Part shown: piece after piece, positions 60,664 through 64,000 of the stretch
How the letters are laid out: each line of letters opens with the position of its first letter
How positions within the stretch are numbered: position 1 is the first letter of the stretch
Origin: the human T2T-CHM13v2.0 reference genome, Homo sapiens
DNA length: 64,000 nt
Reading direction: 5' to 3' (one strand)
Assembly: GCF_009914755.1 (NCBI RefSeq)
Contig: NC_060926.1
Notes under the pieces: model-generated
Told to the model about the DNA's origin: nothing
Databases searched by the model: none
Seen by the model: the letters and a program-made list of their open reading frames with translations, nothing else
Translations under genes and position numbers: made by a program

Positions 60664-62145
60664 CTATTAAAGATAATTTACTTATCTTTCTAGAACATTT
60701 CCATTTGCCACAATTAACTAGGTAAGAAGAATGTTACTTAATATCATTGCTGTCTGCAATAAAGTACACATTTGTCTTGAACTCTTAATAGCATTAGCAA
60801 AAGTTACATGAGAGAATCATTGGTAAATAGAGTACCCTACCTATGACCAGTGAAAACAACTGGAGAATCCTATCTAAATGGTCAAATCAGTTTATCCCAG
60901 AAAAAAAAATGATCATAAAACAACACCACACACACCACACACACCGCCCCCCGCCCATACATTTTGTTTAGTAAAGCAAGAACAACTCTATGAGGCAATG
61001 TTTTAAGTCTCAATGCACGTAGACAAGGAATTCAATTATTAAGTGCCCAGCAAGATGACTGTGAGAACAAAGAGGAAAAAAAAAAATTCTCAATATCCTC
61101 CAAAGCAGAGGAGTTTCCAATTGTTAATTGTTAAATTAAGTGAATCTTGACAGTCCCTAAGGGACAGATACAAATGAATGATGAGTGTGGCAGGTTAATC
61201 TACTTGTGATGATGCCAATTAAAGTCATCCTTCCATAGATATCAATTTGCTCTTAATGTAAATGGTAATGGGCAGAGAGATGATAGGGAGGCTGAATGCA
61301 TGACAGCTGGATCATCCTAGACCTTTGTAAGTTAAGTGTGAGAAAAGTAAAGCTCAGAGAAGTATGGTGTTTGGGCAGGCTGATGATTTTTTAGGGCAAT
61401 GAAGGTGGATTTTAATCAAGCAAGCCTTCCTGCAGGTGGGGCAGTGAGCCATGGGGCTGCTGTTGGTCTGGTCTCTGGACCGTCTCTCAGGCACCCAGGG
61501 TCACAGGGGTGCTCCAGTGGAGACCGTCCCTCCTCTGTCCTCTCTCAGTGGCAGACTGATCTCCAGTGGGGACGTGGGACAGGGGTGAAGGCAGGGAGGA
61601 GAGAAAGAAGGGTAAGTAGGGAATGGAAACAATTCTAGGCCAAACAACATGATGATGTTTCAGTTTCCCCATTTGAAAGGAGGAGATGGATGAAGAAAGG
61701 CCGAAACAACATTCATGACATGTTCTGCTGTGAAGTTTGTTTCACAGAACTGAACAGAGCTGAGCACTATTCCTACACTCAGGTCAGTTCAGGAGACAGA
61801 AACTTGCAGTGGAGGACATTGGGATAGCTTTATAGCTAATGAATATACTATGCACCAACAAAGACATACTTTTCAGAGGAAAAAAATAAATCAGCCTTTT
61901 ATTTTGCCTTTATTTTTGCATGAAAAGTGGCAGTGTCTTCACTATTTGTTTTAAAATGTTAAGCTTAATCATGTTTCATTCCAGGACTATGTTTTAGATG
62001 ATCCTATAATTTACAAATTCCAAAATAATTATGCCGACTAAAATGAAGGCTAGTCATCCCAAATCACAATCAATTTCCTAGAGGCCCAACTGTGCCCCCT
62101 CCTTTCACCATCTATACATTATGTGGTTTGTGTCACTTTGACTTA

Positions 62146-62328
<183 letters not shown>

Positions 62329-62675
62329 TCACCATGGACAAAAGCTATCACAATCAACAAGTCAAATGAGGCAACTGTCTTAACTTCTGCATTTTTGATT
62401 TCTGCAAGTTGAAGGATATAGCAAACCTCAACCAAGGTCTTAAGTGACGTCCTCTTTGTGGCATTTTGGTTGAGAATAAAAATTCTGTTTGAATAGTTAC
62501 AATGGTGCCCATGTGTTTCTCAAGTATGTTCCCCTTTTCAGTCGAAACTAATATGAGTCAAACAGAGTTACTCATGTCTAGTAGTAACTGTTAGGATGAA
62601 ATGTCTTTGCTTGCTGCTGAAATGATATCATGGCAATTAGACAGGAAGTTGCAATGGAAAGTACATGGTATATAA

Positions 62676-63092
<417 letters not shown>

Positions 63093-63220
63093 TGATTTTA
63101 GACACATAATTACATAAATCTCATATTGCAGGGTAAAATCTTAATATAACACATAATTGCAAAAGGCACCTGTCTCACTTGCACAAAGTGCGCACTTGCA
63201 CAAAGAATAAATAATATTAA

Positions 63221-63532
<312 letters not shown>

Positions 63533-63649
63533 ATTTATTGCATTCTTAACATGTGCCAAGTACTGAGAATATCTAGATTATATAAGCATATTTTATACGT
63601 TATTCAATGGTAATTATCACTAATAATATGTAAAAGTAACATTGTTTCT

Positions 63650-63999
<350 letters not shown>

Positions 64000-64000
64000 A

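Overview
Primate (very probably human) genomic DNA, AT-rich and dense in Alu, L1, L2, MIR, LTR and DNA-transposon relics. The minus strand carries the 3' end of a NEDD4-family HECT E3 ubiquitin ligase that I recognise as HECW2 (NEDL2). I reconstructed ten GT-AG coding exons (62267 down to the TGA stop at 21338-21340). They splice in consistent phase into 1190 nt of CDS (about 396 C-terminal residues), covering the whole HECT domain, the catalytic Cys and the HECT PY motif. A largely repeat-poor, multi-kb 3' UTR follows (to about 14.2 kb), then a repeat-rich downstream flank. I found no evidence of a new multi-gene system, and almost all ORF-track entries are Alu/L1 artefacts or chance ORFs. 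The items most worth a second look are: a tailless 5'-half tRNA-Gly(CCC) retrocopy with a 14-bp TSD and a possible pre-tRNA leader; an intronic U13 snoRNA retrocopy; a candidate L1 3' transduction nested in an older L1; a 20-nt cluster of four miRNA seed sites; several locally templated repeat or hairpin scars; a candidate poison exon; and inverted Alus flanking exon blocks. Repeat family names come from recalled consensus sequences and their boundaries are approximate.
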